From contig OX638351.1 of the NCBI GenBank assembly GCA_951813565.1, positions 2,656,001-2,720,000 on the forward strand: a stretch of DNA of 64,000 bases. Direction: 5' to 3'. Made by a program: the position numbers and the translations under genes. Under the pieces are notes generated by a model, which ran no database searches, was not told where the DNA came from, and saw nothing but the letters and a program-made list of their open reading frames with translations. Source of the stretch: an uncultured Poribacteria bacterium (lineage in GTDB: Bacteria; Poribacteria; WGA-4E; WGA-3G). Below, one piece after another: positions 49,249 to 59,748 of this stretch (position 1 is the stretch's first letter; each line of letters starts with the position of its first letter).

Positions 49249-49929
49249 ATGAAATATAGCGAACTTTTCCATACAATTCAGGGAGAAGGGCAGCTCATAG
49301 GGGTTCCATCTGTTTTCTTTCGAACGAGTTACTGCAATCTCAGGTGTATTTGGTGCGACACACCATACACATCTTGGCAACCTGAAAACAGAAGTATTAC
49401 AGTTGCCGAAAGCGTTGCAGCAATTACACAATTCGGATGTAAGCATGTCGTCATCACTGGCGGTGAACCGTTCATTCAAACCAAGGAATTGATAGCCCTT
49501 TGTCGCGAGTTAGATCAACAAGGACACCATATCACAATTGAAACAAATGCAACGCTTTTCGCAGAAGTTGCTGCACACCTAATTTCGATGAGTCCAAAGT
49601 TGCACAATTCCAATCCCTCCTCAGATAATCGTTTTTATAAACGACACGAACGAGGACGGATCTGCCCCGATGTTATCCGTAAGTTTTTAGACACTTATCC
49701 GTGTCAAGTAAAGTTTGTCGTAGATACACCGGATGACCTTTCAGAAATTCAAACCTTGCAAGCAGATATTGGTATTCCGTCTGAAACAATCATGTTGATG
49801 CCTCAAGGCAAAAAGCCACAGGTGCTAAATCAGAAGCAGGAATGGTTAGTTGAACTTTGCAAAGAAAATGGGTATCGCTATTCACCGCGCGTGCATGTTG
49901 ATATCTGGGGTGAAAAACGTGGTGTATAG
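49249..49929 (+). CDS. queE: 7-carboxy-7-deazaguanine synthase (radical SAM)
   Basis: TIQGEG, CNLRCIWCDT, VITGGEP, IETN, SMSPKL, PRVH. Confidence 0.9.
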   Translation: MKYSELFHTIQGEGQLIGVPSVFFRTSYCNLRCIWCDTPYTSWQPENRSITVAESVAAITQFGCKHVVITGGEPFIQTKELIALCRELDQQGHHITIETNATLFAEVAAHLISMSPKLHNSNPSSDNRFYKRHERGRICPDVIRKFLDTYPCQVKFVVDTPDDLSEIQTLQADIGIPSETIMLMPQGKKPQVLNQKQEWLVELCKENGYRYSPRVHVDIWGEKRGV

Positions 49930-49932
49930 CAC

Positions 49933-51051
49933 ATGAAATATGATATTCTACTTAAGAGCGGAACTGTCATTGACCCTGCACAAGGATTGAATGCGTTTCG
50001 TGATGTTGCGATTAAAGATGGAATTATTACCGCAATTGACCAAGATATTCCAAAAACCGAGGCTAAACAGACTATCTCTGTCAAAAATCGATACATTACA
50101 CCAGGGTTAATTGACATCCATACGCATGTATATTATGGTGTCACAACGTGGGGTATCAAAGCAGACAACGTATGTTCCACTTCAGGCACAACAACTTTTG
50201 TTGATGCTGGTAGTGCCAGTTGGGCAACCTTCCCAGGCTTCCGTGAATTCATCGCGGAACCTGCGCAAACGAACATATTAAACTACATCCACATTTCTGG
50301 TATTGGGCTTGTCTACGGTCCTGTCGGAGAGATGCATGACCTCGCCTATGCCGATCCAGATCGCGTTGCTGATACGTTAAAAGCTAATCGGGACATCACC
50401 GTCGGTGTGAAAGTGCGACAAGGCAAAATGCAGGTAGGTGATAACGGCGTAGAACCACTAAAACTTGCTATCCAAGCAGCCGAGCAGGCTGGAACGCCTA
50501 TGATGTGTCACATCGGTCAAGGTGTTCCGCTTCCAGATGTTTTAGAATTGATGCGACCGGGTGATGTAATTACGCACTGCTTTCAAGGAAATGGCGATAA
50601 CATCGTTGACGAAAAAGGCAAGGTAATTCCAGAAGCCTGGCAGGCACAGCAGGATGGTGTGATCTTTGATGTTGGACACGGTGCAGGAAGTTTCCATTAT
50701 GAAATCGCACAACGTGCTATGGAACAGGGTTTTATTTCTGATGTTATCAGCACCGACCTACATACGGGCAATATCAATGGCCCCGTTTATGACTTGCCAT
50801 CGACATTATCAAAACTGATGCATCTTGGACTTTCATTTGAGGAAGTGATTGAAAAAGCAACCTTCAATGCTGCCAAAGCCATCAAACGCGAAAAACAACT
50901 CGGCAATCTGAAAATTGGGACAATAGCGGATGTTGCTGTTTTGGAACAGATTGATGGCGAATTTGAATTCTATGATGCACACGACACAAAATTTACCGGC
51001 ACTCAGAAAATCAATGCCGTTTTAACGATTCGTGAAGGAAAAATTCTATAG
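49933..51051 (+). CDS. Amidohydrolase/deacetylase family metallohydrolase (dihydroorotase-like)
   Basis: PGLIDIHTH, GVKVR, DVGHGAGSF, ISTDLH. Confidence 0.88.
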   Translation: MKYDILLKSGTVIDPAQGLNAFRDVAIKDGIITAIDQDIPKTEAKQTISVKNRYITPGLIDIHTHVYYGVTTWGIKADNVCSTSGTTTFVDAGSASWATFPGFREFIAEPAQTNILNYIHISGIGLVYGPVGEMHDLAYADPDRVADTLKANRDITVGVKVRQGKMQVGDNGVEPLKLAIQAAEQAGTPMMCHIGQGVPLPDVLELMRPGDVITHCFQGNGDNIVDEKGKVIPEAWQAQQDGVIFDVGHGAGSFHYEIAQRAMEQGFISDVISTDLHTGNINGPVYDLPSTLSKLMHLGLSFEEVIEKATFNAAKAIKREKQLGNLKIGTIADVAVLEQIDGEFEFYDAHDTKFTGTQKINAVLTIREGKIL

Positions 51052-51462
51052 ATGTCACTCATAGCACAGAAGATTAGCGGTTGTTACCGACGTGTTCTTA
51101 TTTTTTTCTTTGTAATTCTCATTGCAGGTATAGGTATCGGATTATTTGTTTACAACCGAGTCGGAGGTGCTGAAGGCATGCGGTACTGGATGGCAATACG
51201 CGCCTTAAACGGCACTGAAAAACTTCTCATAGCAAACCGCCCAGACGGTGTGCCACAAGAAACAGTAGAGGAACAATTTGACAATGTTCGTGATGCTATT
51301 CACAATCGGCAAATTGACCTAAAACCTCTTTATGAGTTACTCAATTCATATCAAACAAAATTTCACAACCCTGGATTATCAACAGAAAAAATTAAGCCGT
51401 CAACCCCTGAAGTAGAGGCGTTTCTGACAGAACTTAGAAAGACAATTTTCCTTGATGAGTAG
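51052..51462 (+). CDS. Hypothetical membrane-anchored protein
   Basis: Abuts previous gene; single N-terminal TM helix. Confidence 0.65.
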   Translation: MSLIAQKISGCYRRVLIFFFVILIAGIGIGLFVYNRVGGAEGMRYWMAIRALNGTEKLLIANRPDGVPQETVEEQFDNVRDAIHNRQIDLKPLYELLNSYQTKFHNPGLSTEKIKPSTPEVEAFLTELRKTIFLDE

Positions 51463-51471
51463 GTTTCCATT

Positions 51472-52566
51472 CTACGAAATATCCGCGTGAAATCCGCCAA
51501 TCATTTCACGGATCTGCGTAGTATAGACATCATCACTCAAATCAGTATCAACAATCAGTGAAATCGCCCGTTGAAACCTCAACCGTGCATCTCCCCAAGC
51601 TTCCAATAGAATCTGACTTTCAGACGTTTCTGGTCTTGCAACCGCGTGTAAAATGCGATGCAGAATTGAGAGATAAAAAAGTAGTTGATGTGCATCAACA
51701 CGCGCAGCAACATCAGCAGTGGAACATTTTTCGCGATGTTGGACTACCCATTCTGCGTAGACATCAACCAATTCACGGTTCAATAAAGAAACAAAGTTTG
51801 CCTCTTCCTGGGACGCGCCAATACTATTAAAAAATTGCACTAACCTTCGTTCCTGCCAATCCCAACCAACACTCGCAAAATCAATGAAATATGGGAGTTC
51901 CCTGTCAAACACAATATTACGTGCTTGGTAATCAAGACCACCCAGAGTCGGCTGTGCTTCAAGCAGCCGATTTGAAAGAGAATCCCATGCTGTGTCAAGC
52001 TGCGCTACTTGTGGTGCGGTGAGCGGTATCTTACTCAGATGTTGCAGATAACTGACTGTTTTCCTGCCTTGTTTAAGTAGGTGTCGTAAGGTCTGCATGA
52101 GTTCAAAACGGAATACATAAGGTCTGAATTGTGTCTCGTTTTTTCTAAAGACTTCCTCAATATGACAGAATACAGAAAGGACAGTGTATAGATCAGGCAT
52201 GAGATTTGACACTGATTCAAGCTGTGCTAAAGAATCAAGTGTCTGCTCCCCACGCCATTCCAGTAACAACGCATGATGCTGTTCAGATTCCCAAATAATT
52301 CGCGGTACGAGACACCCACCCTTATAGAGTGTCGACAATGTGAACTGCTCAATCTGAAATGGTGTGAAACCCGATTTGGTAACTGGGGCGGTAATCTCGT
52401 GCTGTTTGAGTAGATAATTCTTCCTTCTGATTCTCAGGCGGCAGACGTTCTGCTTTTGTCGTTTACCGTGGTGAATCGATTGAACTGCAATCGCAGCTAA
52501 ATTGATTTGGAAATGTGCTGCTATTTGCTTAAGTAATTCTTGCATTTTGGACTCCAGATTTTGCAA
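51472..52566 (-). CDS. Aminoglycoside phosphotransferase/kinase-like protein
   Basis: YLLKQ, DYQARNI, FIDFAS. Confidence 0.7.
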   Translation of the reverse strand: MQNLESKMQELLKQIAAHFQINLAAIAVQSIHHGKRQKQNVCRLRIRRKNYLLKQHEITAPVTKSGFTPFQIEQFTLSTLYKGGCLVPRIIWESEQHHALLLEWRGEQTLDSLAQLESVSNLMPDLYTVLSVFCHIEEVFRKNETQFRPYVFRFELMQTLRHLLKQGRKTVSYLQHLSKIPLTAPQVAQLDTAWDSLSNRLLEAQPTLGGLDYQARNIVFDRELPYFIDFASVGWDWQERRLVQFFNSIGASQEEANFVSLLNRELVDVYAEWVVQHREKCSTADVAARVDAHQLLFYLSILHRILHAVARPETSESQILLEAWGDARLRFQRAISLIVDTDLSDDVYTTQIREMIGGFHADIS

Positions 52567-52661
52567 AATAGACGTTGTAGCAGTATTTAGGTTGAGAGTA
52601 GATTTGGAACGTCTCTAACAAAATTCACACCACGCAAATAGTTGCTAACGAAAGAAAAATG

Positions 52662-52690
52662 TTGCATGCCTGCTACAAACGTGGTATAAT
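52662..52690 (+). promoter_or_regulatory. rpsB promoter
   Basis: TTGCAT-N17-TATAAT with extended TG. Confidence 0.75.
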
Positions 52691-52733
52691 TATTAAAATT
52701 TGATCACATGTATAAAATGGTATTACCAGAGAT

Positions 52734-52812
52734 ACACACCTCCAGATTTGCACGGCGGGTTCTCTCATTATGAGAGTCTGATGCAAATATGAAGGGGGTG
52801 GAAGTATAAACC
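52734..52812 (+). ncRNA. rpsB leader RNA (t44-like S2 autoregulatory element)
   Basis: ACACACC...GGGGTGGAAGTATAAACCC hairpin directly upstream of rpsB. Confidence 0.7.
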
Positions 52813-52855
52813 CAATGAGGAGTCTTGCGGCTCCAGTAAACCCAGGAGGTTATTT

Positions 52856-53752
52856 TTGGCAGTTACAATGAAAGAACTCCTTGAATGCGGCGTTCACTTT
52901 GGTCACCAAACCAGACGCTGGAACCCGAAGATGGCAGAGTACATCTTCGCTGAACGGAACGGAATTTATATAATTGATTTACAGAAGACGTTGAGAATGC
53001 TTGAAACCGCGGTGGAATTTGTCCAAGGCGTTGCTGCAAGCGGCGGCACAGCACTTTTTGTAGGAACAAAACGACAATCTCAAGAAGCTGTTTTAGAGGA
53101 AGCAGTTCGATGTAGCATGTATTATGTCAATCACCGCTGGCTCGGCGGCATGTTGACAAACTTCCAAACAATCCGTCAAAGCATTAGCAGACTTGAAGAA
53201 CTTGACGCTGAAGAAACAAGTGGTGAATTTGAAAAACGTCCGAAAAAAGAGGTTATCCGGCTGATGCGAGAAAAAGGGAAATTGGCGAATAACCTCACTG
53301 GCATCAAAGATATGTCTATCCTCCCCGAAGTCGTTATTGTCACGGATACCCGAAAAGAACACACTGCTATTGCGGAAGCAAATAAACTCGGCATTCCGAT
53401 AATTGCAATAGTAGATACGAACTGTGATCCTGATCCGATTGATTTACCGATCCCAGGCAATGATGATGCTATCCGTTCAATTCGGTTAATTTGTGCTGTT
53501 TTAGCAGAGGCAGTAATTGAGGGCCGTGGCGATGCGTTAGAAGGCGAACAGACTGAAGAAGAAAAAATGCAGTCTGAAGAAAATCAGATTGATAAAGTTG
53601 CTGAAGCTGAACGACATGAGGAGCAAACAGCACAGATTTTAGATGCAGAGCAGCTTTCTGCTGAACCTGAAGCAATTGGTGATGGAGAACAACGGCAACC
53701 GCGTCAACCGCGTCCAAAAAGAAGAATAGGACGACCACGAAGGACCTCATAG
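52856..53752 (+). CDS. rpsB: 30S ribosomal protein S2
   Basis: [37 protein letters not shown] start after GGAGG. Confidence 0.98.
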   Translation: MAVTMKELLECGVHFGHQTRRWNPKMAEYIFAERNGIYIIDLQKTLRMLETAVEFVQGVAASGGTALFVGTKRQSQEAVLEEAVRCSMYYVNHRWLGGMLTNFQTIRQSISRLEELDAEETSGEFEKRPKKEVIRLMREKGKLANNLTGIKDMSILPEVVIVTDTRKEHTAIAEANKLGIPIIAIVDTNCDPDPIDLPIPGNDDAIRSIRLICAVLAEAVIEGRGDALEGEQTEEEKMQSEENQIDKVAEAERHEEQTAQILDAEQLSAEPEAIGDGEQRQPRQPRPKRRIGRPRRTS

Positions 53753-53878
53753 TAGTTTCATACTCAGAAATTTTCAGAATGGTAGTTACAAACAACTAAA
53801 TACGAAACTATAGGTCTTTAACTTTAGTGTTCAAAATATGGTGGTTGAAAAACCATTTGAATCTAAACCGGAGGAAAT

Positions 53879-54472
53879 ATGGCAATTACAGCAAAAATGG
53901 TCAGTGAACTACGTTCACGTACTGGTGCCGGAATTATGGACTGCAAAAAAGCGTTAGCAGAAACGGATGGAGATATAGACGCTGCGATTAAGAAATTGCG
54001 CGAGCAAGGCTTGCGCGCTTCTGAAATCAAAGGTGGTCGTGCAACTGAAGAAGGGCTTGTTATCTCTTACATCCATCCAGGGAACCGCATTGGGACTTTA
54101 GTTGAATTAAATTGCGAAACCGACTTCGTTGCTCGGACAGAGCAGTTTCAAAAATTAGCAACTGAGATCGCAATGCAAGTCGCCGCTGCAAAACCCCGAT
54201 ATGTCAGCGAAGATGATGTTCCCGCCGGTGAACTTGATGCTGAAAAAGCAATTTTGAAAACGCAGGCACTACAAGAGGGTAAACCTGACCATATTGTTGA
54301 TAAAATTGTTGAAGGACGGCTTTCTAAATTTTACTCGGAAGCGTGTCTACTAAAACAACCGTACATTCGCGATGCCGATAAAACTATTGAGGATCTTGTC
54401 AAAGATGCGATCGCGCAACTCGGTGAAAACATCGTTGTAAAACGTTTTGTGCTCTACGTCCTCGGACAGTAA
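53879..54472 (+). CDS. tsf: Elongation factor Ts (short form)
   Basis: LRSRTGAGIMDCKKAL, ELNCETDFVA. Confidence 0.97.
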   Translation: MAITAKMVSELRSRTGAGIMDCKKALAETDGDIDAAIKKLREQGLRASEIKGGRATEEGLVISYIHPGNRIGTLVELNCETDFVARTEQFQKLATEIAMQVAAAKPRYVSEDDVPAGELDAEKAILKTQALQEGKPDHIVDKIVEGRLSKFYSEACLLKQPYIRDADKTIEDLVKDAIAQLGENIVVKRFVLYVLGQ

Positions 54473-54535
54473 AACCATTACAGACAAGACACCTTACATC
54501 GGAATCAGCGAAACAGAAAGGAAAAGGGAATTCAG

Positions 54536-55123
54536 ATGCAAGAAGTACTGAAAAATGCTGAATCACGAATGAAGAAAACGGTCGAGTCGACAGCAACAAA
54601 GTTGTCACATGTCCAAACAGGTCGTGCTACTACGGCGTTGTTAGACCAAGTTACGATCAATTACTACGGTAGTAAAACCCCATTAAATCAGGTCGGGACA
54701 ATTACCACACCGGAACCACATCAGCTCGTTATTCAGCCTTGGGATAAAACGTTAATTACAGAAATAGAAAAAGCAATCGCACATTCTGATTTAGGACTTG
54801 CCACAAGCAACGATGGTAGCATTGTTCGAGTCCAAGTGCCAGAATTGACAACCGAAAGACGCGTTGAACTCACGAAATTAGTAAAAAAATTAGCTGAAGA
54901 AGGCAGAGTCGCTATTCGGAATATACGCCGCGATGCAAACGATGCCATTCGCAAACTTGAAGGCGGTGATGCGGGTTCAGGCAGCCGAAGAAGCAAAGGC
55001 AGAGGCGGTGATAAAAAAGGTGGACGCAGTGATGCTGACCCGATCCAGAAGTTAACCGATATCTACGTTAACCAAATTAACGATTTAGCTGATGCAAAAG
55101 AATCTGAACTGTTAGAGAACTAA
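54536..55123 (+). CDS. frr: Ribosome recycling factor
   Basis: TGRA, YYGSKTPLNQV, PELTTERR, RVAIRNIRRDA. Confidence 0.95.
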   Translation: MQEVLKNAESRMKKTVESTATKLSHVQTGRATTALLDQVTINYYGSKTPLNQVGTITTPEPHQLVIQPWDKTLITEIEKAIAHSDLGLATSNDGSIVRVQVPELTTERRVELTKLVKKLAEEGRVAIRNIRRDANDAIRKLEGGDAGSGSRRSKGRGGDKKGGRSDADPIQKLTDIYVNQINDLADAKESELLEN

Positions 55124-55125
55124 TT

Positions 55126-55959
55126 ATGTTTTGGCGGCGAACTCTGAGCGTTGTTGTACTGGTTCCGCTTATCCTGCTGCTTATCTATTTGGGAAGTTGG
55201 TTTTATCTGCTCCTCATCACCGCCGCGGTTCTAATGATGCAAGTTGAGTACTGTAGGTTAGCGGGTAATTTCGGGGGGAAGTTGAATCCTATTATCCCTA
55301 CGATTTTAACGGTGGCATTCTGTTTGTTCGCGTTTTTCCTACCTACACCGATAGAAAATGCAAACACCTCGCTCTTAATGTTCAGTTTCTTTATCGTTGT
55401 GTTTATCTATGCTTTTGCATCAAGCATATACCGAGGAAAAGTTGCAGGCGAGTTACTTGCCGTCACTTTAAAACTTACAGGTATCCTTACAATTGGATGG
55501 GCATTCGGTTACCACTGTATCTTGTTAAGAAAAGCAGATGCTGTGGGCATGCAGCTTATTTTCTTGCTAATTGGAACAATTTGGTGTAGTGATACTGGTG
55601 CTTATCTAATCGGTAGAGCTGTCGGCAAACATAAACTCAGCACACCAATCAGTCCTCGTAAAACAGTTGAAGGCACTATTGCAGGTTTAGTCGTGGGAAC
55701 CTTGATCAGCATAGGATTTGGTGCGATCTTCTTATCTGAAACCCTTTCATTGGCAAACGCAGCTTTTATAGGATTACTATTGAGTATTTTGGGACAACTT
55801 GGTGATTTGAGCGTATCGCTGATGAAACGCACCGCTGGCGTCAAAGACTCCGGCGATTTCATACCTGGACACGGTGGCTTTCTTGATAGGTGTGATAGCT
55901 TAATTTTTAGCGCACCTATCCTTTATTATTATCTCGCATTAACGGGGACTCTTACATAA
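55126..55959 (+). CDS. cdsA: Phosphatidate cytidylyltransferase
   Basis: SDTGAY, ISPRKTVEG, GVKDSGDFIPGHGGFLDRCDS. Confidence 0.95.
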   Translation: MFWRRTLSVVVLVPLILLLIYLGSWFYLLLITAAVLMMQVEYCRLAGNFGGKLNPIIPTILTVAFCLFAFFLPTPIENANTSLLMFSFFIVVFIYAFASSIYRGKVAGELLAVTLKLTGILTIGWAFGYHCILLRKADAVGMQLIFLLIGTIWCSDTGAYLIGRAVGKHKLSTPISPRKTVEGTIAGLVVGTLISIGFGAIFLSETLSLANAAFIGLLLSILGQLGDLSVSLMKRTAGVKDSGDFIPGHGGFLDRCDSLIFSAPILYYYLALTGTLT

Positions 55960-56088
55960 GTCCGCTCAAAGCAGATTTTGTTTGCTTGTCTCACCCATCT
56001 TCACAGTAAAGGTCGGCAACACGGACAAAAATGTGGATCCCCAATAAAAAAGGCGTGTGCTACGGCACTGCCACCACAGTCAATACAT

Positions 56089-57255
56089 ATGAAGCACATC
56101 GCCATTTTGGGTAGTACCGGTTCTATTGGGAAAAATGCACTTAATGTTGTTGAAACACATCGCGAAGAATTTAAGGTTGTCGCGCTCGCCGCAAACAAGG
56201 ATGTTGACACACTTGAACACCAAATCCGCCAGTTTCATCCAAGGTTAGCAGCGCTTAATGAACCAGATGCAGCTGCTCGTCTTCGTGAACGTCTTCATGA
56301 TCTCAACAGCACTGAAATCCTTTCTGGCACTGAAGGGATTCAAGCCGTAGCAACTATTCAAGAAGCGGACCAGGTCTTGGACGGAATGGGTGGAAGCGCA
56401 GGTTTGTTACCCACACTATCTGCCATCAACGCGGGGAAAGACATTGCCTTTGTGAACAAAGAGGTGATGGTGATGTGTGGTCCCATAGTGATGGACGCAG
56501 TTCAAAAAAACAGGGTGAACTTAATACCTATAGATGGCGAAATGAGTGCCATCTTTCAATGTTTAGAAGGAGCACGAGACAGGCAAGTTGACATTCATCG
56601 GTTGATATTAACTGCTTCAGGTGGACCGTTTCGTGATACGCCAAAAGATAAACTTTACACAGTAACACTGCAACAGGCGCTTCGTCATCCCAATTGGGAT
56701 ATGGGAGCGAAAATTACGATTGATTCTGCTACCATGATGAACAAGGGACTGGAAGTTATTGAAGCCAAGTGGTTGTTTGATATTGAACTTGATAAAATTG
56801 ACATTGTTATCCACCGAGAAAGTATCGTTCATTCTATGGTTGAATGGACAGACGGCTCAACACTTGCCCAATTGGGCCCTACGGATATGCGAATTATGAT
56901 TCAATACGCTTTAACATACCCGAACAGGTTTTCAACACCGGTACCACGGTTAGACTTATGTGAATCTCGGACGCTGCATTTTGAACCGGTTGATAAAGAT
57001 AAGTTTCCATGTATCTCACTTGCCTACACGGCTGCAGAAGTAGGCGGCACACTTCCTGTGGTATTGAGCAGTGCGGATGAAGTTGTGGTAGACGCTTTTC
57101 TTGAGGAACGGATCGGATTTATGGAAATTCCTGCTATTTTAGAATGTGTTATGGACAAACATGTTGTGATTGCTGATCCTTCACTTGAGGACGTTCTTGA
57201 AGTTGACCAATGGGCAAAATCCACTACCCGTTCAGTCATAAAAGACAAAAGATAA
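56089..57255 (+). CDS. dxr: 1-deoxy-D-xylulose 5-phosphate reductoisomerase
   Basis: ILGSTGSIG, LTASGGPFR, HPNWDMGAKITIDSATMMNKGLEVIEA. Confidence 0.96.
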   Translation: MKHIAILGSTGSIGKNALNVVETHREEFKVVALAANKDVDTLEHQIRQFHPRLAALNEPDAAARLRERLHDLNSTEILSGTEGIQAVATIQEADQVLDGMGGSAGLLPTLSAINAGKDIAFVNKEVMVMCGPIVMDAVQKNRVNLIPIDGEMSAIFQCLEGARDRQVDIHRLILTASGGPFRDTPKDKLYTVTLQQALRHPNWDMGAKITIDSATMMNKGLEVIEAKWLFDIELDKIDIVIHRESIVHSMVEWTDGSTLAQLGPTDMRIMIQYALTYPNRFSTPVPRLDLCESRTLHFEPVDKDKFPCISLAYTAAEVGGTLPVVLSSADEVVVDAFLEERIGFMEIPAILECVMDKHVVIADPSLEDVLEVDQWAKSTTRSVIKDKR

Positions 57256-57317
57256 ATCACATTGTTTCAAATACTGAAATAAATACCAAATTTTGCAATC
57301 ATAAATAGGAGATAATA

Positions 57318-59000
57318 ATGGAATTTTTTGAACCAATTCTCGCAATTATTCCGGGCATCAAAGCAGTACTTCTTGCAATTATTGCGCTCGGTTTTCTTAT
57401 TTTTATTCATGAACTCGGACACTTTCTCGCTGCAAAACGGGCGGGGATTAAGGTAAACACTTTCTCGATCGGTTTTGGTCCAAGAATTGTTGGGTTTAAA
57501 CGAGGAGAAACAGAATATAAAATCTCTTGGTTGCCGTTTGGTGGGTATGTACAAATGGAAGGTGAAAATCCAAGTGAACAGACAGGTGCTGAAGGCGAAT
57601 TCGCAAGTGCTTCGCTCGGTAAGCGTGCATTTGTTGTTATCGCCGGTCCTGCTGTGAATCTTTTGTTTGGTTTATTGGCATATTGGTTTGTCTTCGGTGT
57701 TGGTCTTAACGCTGATGCTGTCAGGTTTTACAACGTATTTACGGGGCAATCTATTGACAAAACTCAAGAGGGTGTTCAGATAGGTTGGTTCGCTGATGAT
57801 GGTCCCGCTGCTGTCGGAGGTGTGATGTCTGGAGACACAATTGTTTCAGTAAATGGGTACCGAATTTCAAATTGGGCAACTTTCAGCCAGGAAATTCAAC
57901 TTAACCCTGAAAAGGAATTGGAACTTGTTGTGCAACGAGATGGAAATCTGAAAACCCTCATTGTAGTGCCTGAAGCAGTATCTAATCCAAGAGGTGAATA
58001 CGGCAGGCTTAATGTGCTGAAACAAGACGATGTCATCGTGGCAGAAATTGATGAGGGAAGTTTGGCTGCGCAAGAAGGCATCAAAGTAGGGGATCAAATT
58101 GATACCATCAACGGAGAGAAAATATATAGCGTTCCATATTTTGTACCAGGAATTTGGCAACCTGAATCTGATTGGCTTATAAAAAAATACCAAACTATTT
58201 ATGAAAATATTAATCAGAATAGAGATTCACTTAATCTTGGGATTCGACGTGGTGATGATACACTTTCCTTTCAACTTCCTGTGCAATTGCAAATGAAGGT
58301 AGATGTTGAGAAAAATAGCACCGCACAAAAGGCGGGTATAAAAACGGGGGATATCCTTGCCACTTTTAATGGAAAAGTGGTTGATAGTAAATCCCTTCAT
58401 TCTGAACTAAAAGCAATAGGGGATAATTCGGTAACGCTTGGATTAATACGAGAGGGAGTTGAAAAAACAGTAACGCTTTCGCCTGCAGACGTTACAAAAC
58501 CTGACGTAGAAGGAACTTTTTACGGGTTAAAATGGAACCCCTCTCTGAGTGGTATGATACTAAATGCCCCAGAAATACCGACGCAAAAGTATAACTTATT
58601 CTCTGCATTTGGAAAAGGACTTGAAACCACTTGGCTTACGTGTACAGCTATCACTCGAATCCTAAAACGGTTACTCAACGGAGAAGTGTCACCGAATCAA
58701 CTTTCGGGACCGATCGGTATTGTACATATTACTAGTGAGACAGCAAAGGTCGGCTTAACCAGTGTTCTGTTTTTCATTGGGTTTATCAGTATTAATCTCG
58801 CTATCGTTAATTTACTACCAATTCCAATTGCTGATGGTGGACATCTCCTCTTTTTTGCTATGGAGAAAATCCGTGGACGACCTGTACCACGGAAAGCGCA
58901 GGAAATCATTCAACAAGTCAGCTTTATCCTTCTCATTGCATTTTTTCTATATATCACCTGGTTTGATAGCTTAACCTTGTTTCATGGCCTGCGCAACTGA
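57318..59000 (+). CDS. rseP: RIP metalloprotease RseP with several PDZ domains
   Basis: HELGH, AGPAVN, NLLPIPIADGGH. Confidence 0.95.
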   Translation: MEFFEPILAIIPGIKAVLLAIIALGFLIFIHELGHFLAAKRAGIKVNTFSIGFGPRIVGFKRGETEYKISWLPFGGYVQMEGENPSEQTGAEGEFASASLGKRAFVVIAGPAVNLLFGLLAYWFVFGVGLNADAVRFYNVFTGQSIDKTQEGVQIGWFADDGPAAVGGVMSGDTIVSVNGYRISNWATFSQEIQLNPEKELELVVQRDGNLKTLIVVPEAVSNPRGEYGRLNVLKQDDVIVAEIDEGSLAAQEGIKVGDQIDTINGEKIYSVPYFVPGIWQPESDWLIKKYQTIYENINQNRDSLNLGIRRGDDTLSFQLPVQLQMKVDVEKNSTAQKAGIKTGDILATFNGKVVDSKSLHSELKAIGDNSVTLGLIREGVEKTVTLSPADVTKPDVEGTFYGLKWNPSLSGMILNAPEIPTQKYNLFSAFGKGLETTWLTCTAITRILKRLLNGEVSPNQLSGPIGIVHITSETAKVGLTSVLFFIGFISINLAIVNLLPIPIADGGHLLFFAMEKIRGRPVPRKAQEIIQQVSFILLIAFFLYITWFDSLTLFHGLRN

Positions 59001-59019
59001 TAGACGTATAAGGGAAAAA

Positions 59020-59724
59020 ATGGATAGAGATCACCTCAGAGAAGAATATCTACAACTTGTTGCAACTGTGAGGGAACACGTGGCAGAACAACTTCAACTC
59101 GGTTTGTTTGAAACAGAAAAAAATGAAACTGAACCAGAATCTAAATTCGCTGGCTTAGACTTATCTGCCTTAGATGCGGATGCGCGAGGTTGTACCAAAT
59201 GTGGATTACATGAAGGACGAAATACCGTCGTTTTTGGCGTAGGAAACCCGGATGCTGATCTGATGTTTATCGGCGAAGCACCCGGTGCCGATGAAGACAA
59301 GCAAGGTGAACCTTTTGTCGGCAGAGCGGGGCAATTGCTCACAAAAATCATTGAGGCGATGAAATTAGCTCGTAATGATGTCTACATTGCTAACGTTCTT
59401 AAATGTCGTCCCCCTGGCAACAGAAACCCCAAACCAGATGAGGTTGAAACATGCAGCCCCTACCTAATACGACAAATAGAGCTAATTCAACCAAAGGTCA
59501 TTGTAGCGCTTGGTAGTTTTGCAGCTAAGATGTTGCTTGATACGAAAACAGGGATTACGGCACTCCGCGGGCAATTCCATGAGTATGCTCTCGCCCAACA
59601 GAGCGATAGTCCACCTGTCATTATGCCGACCTATCATCCAGCATACTTGCTCCGAAATCCAAACGCGAAGCGCGAAGTTTGGGAAGATATGCAACAGGTG
59701 ATGGAACTTTTAAATAAAAATTGA
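59020..59724 (+). CDS. Family 4 uracil-DNA glycosylase
   Basis: [29 protein letters not shown]. Confidence 0.93.
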   Translation: MDRDHLREEYLQLVATVREHVAEQLQLGLFETEKNETEPESKFAGLDLSALDADARGCTKCGLHEGRNTVVFGVGNPDADLMFIGEAPGADEDKQGEPFVGRAGQLLTKIIEAMKLARNDVYIANVLKCRPPGNRNPKPDEVETCSPYLIRQIELIQPKVIVALGSFAAKMLLDTKTGITALRGQFHEYALAQQSDSPPVIMPTYHPAYLLRNPNAKREVWEDMQQVMELLNKN

Positions 59725-59748
59725 TATGTCCTCTGACACGTAAACCAA

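Noticed and set aside
49190..49250. preQ1 riboswitch or a deazaguanine DNA-modification cluster around queE
   Set aside because: No recognisable aptamer and no dpd, queC or queD neighbours
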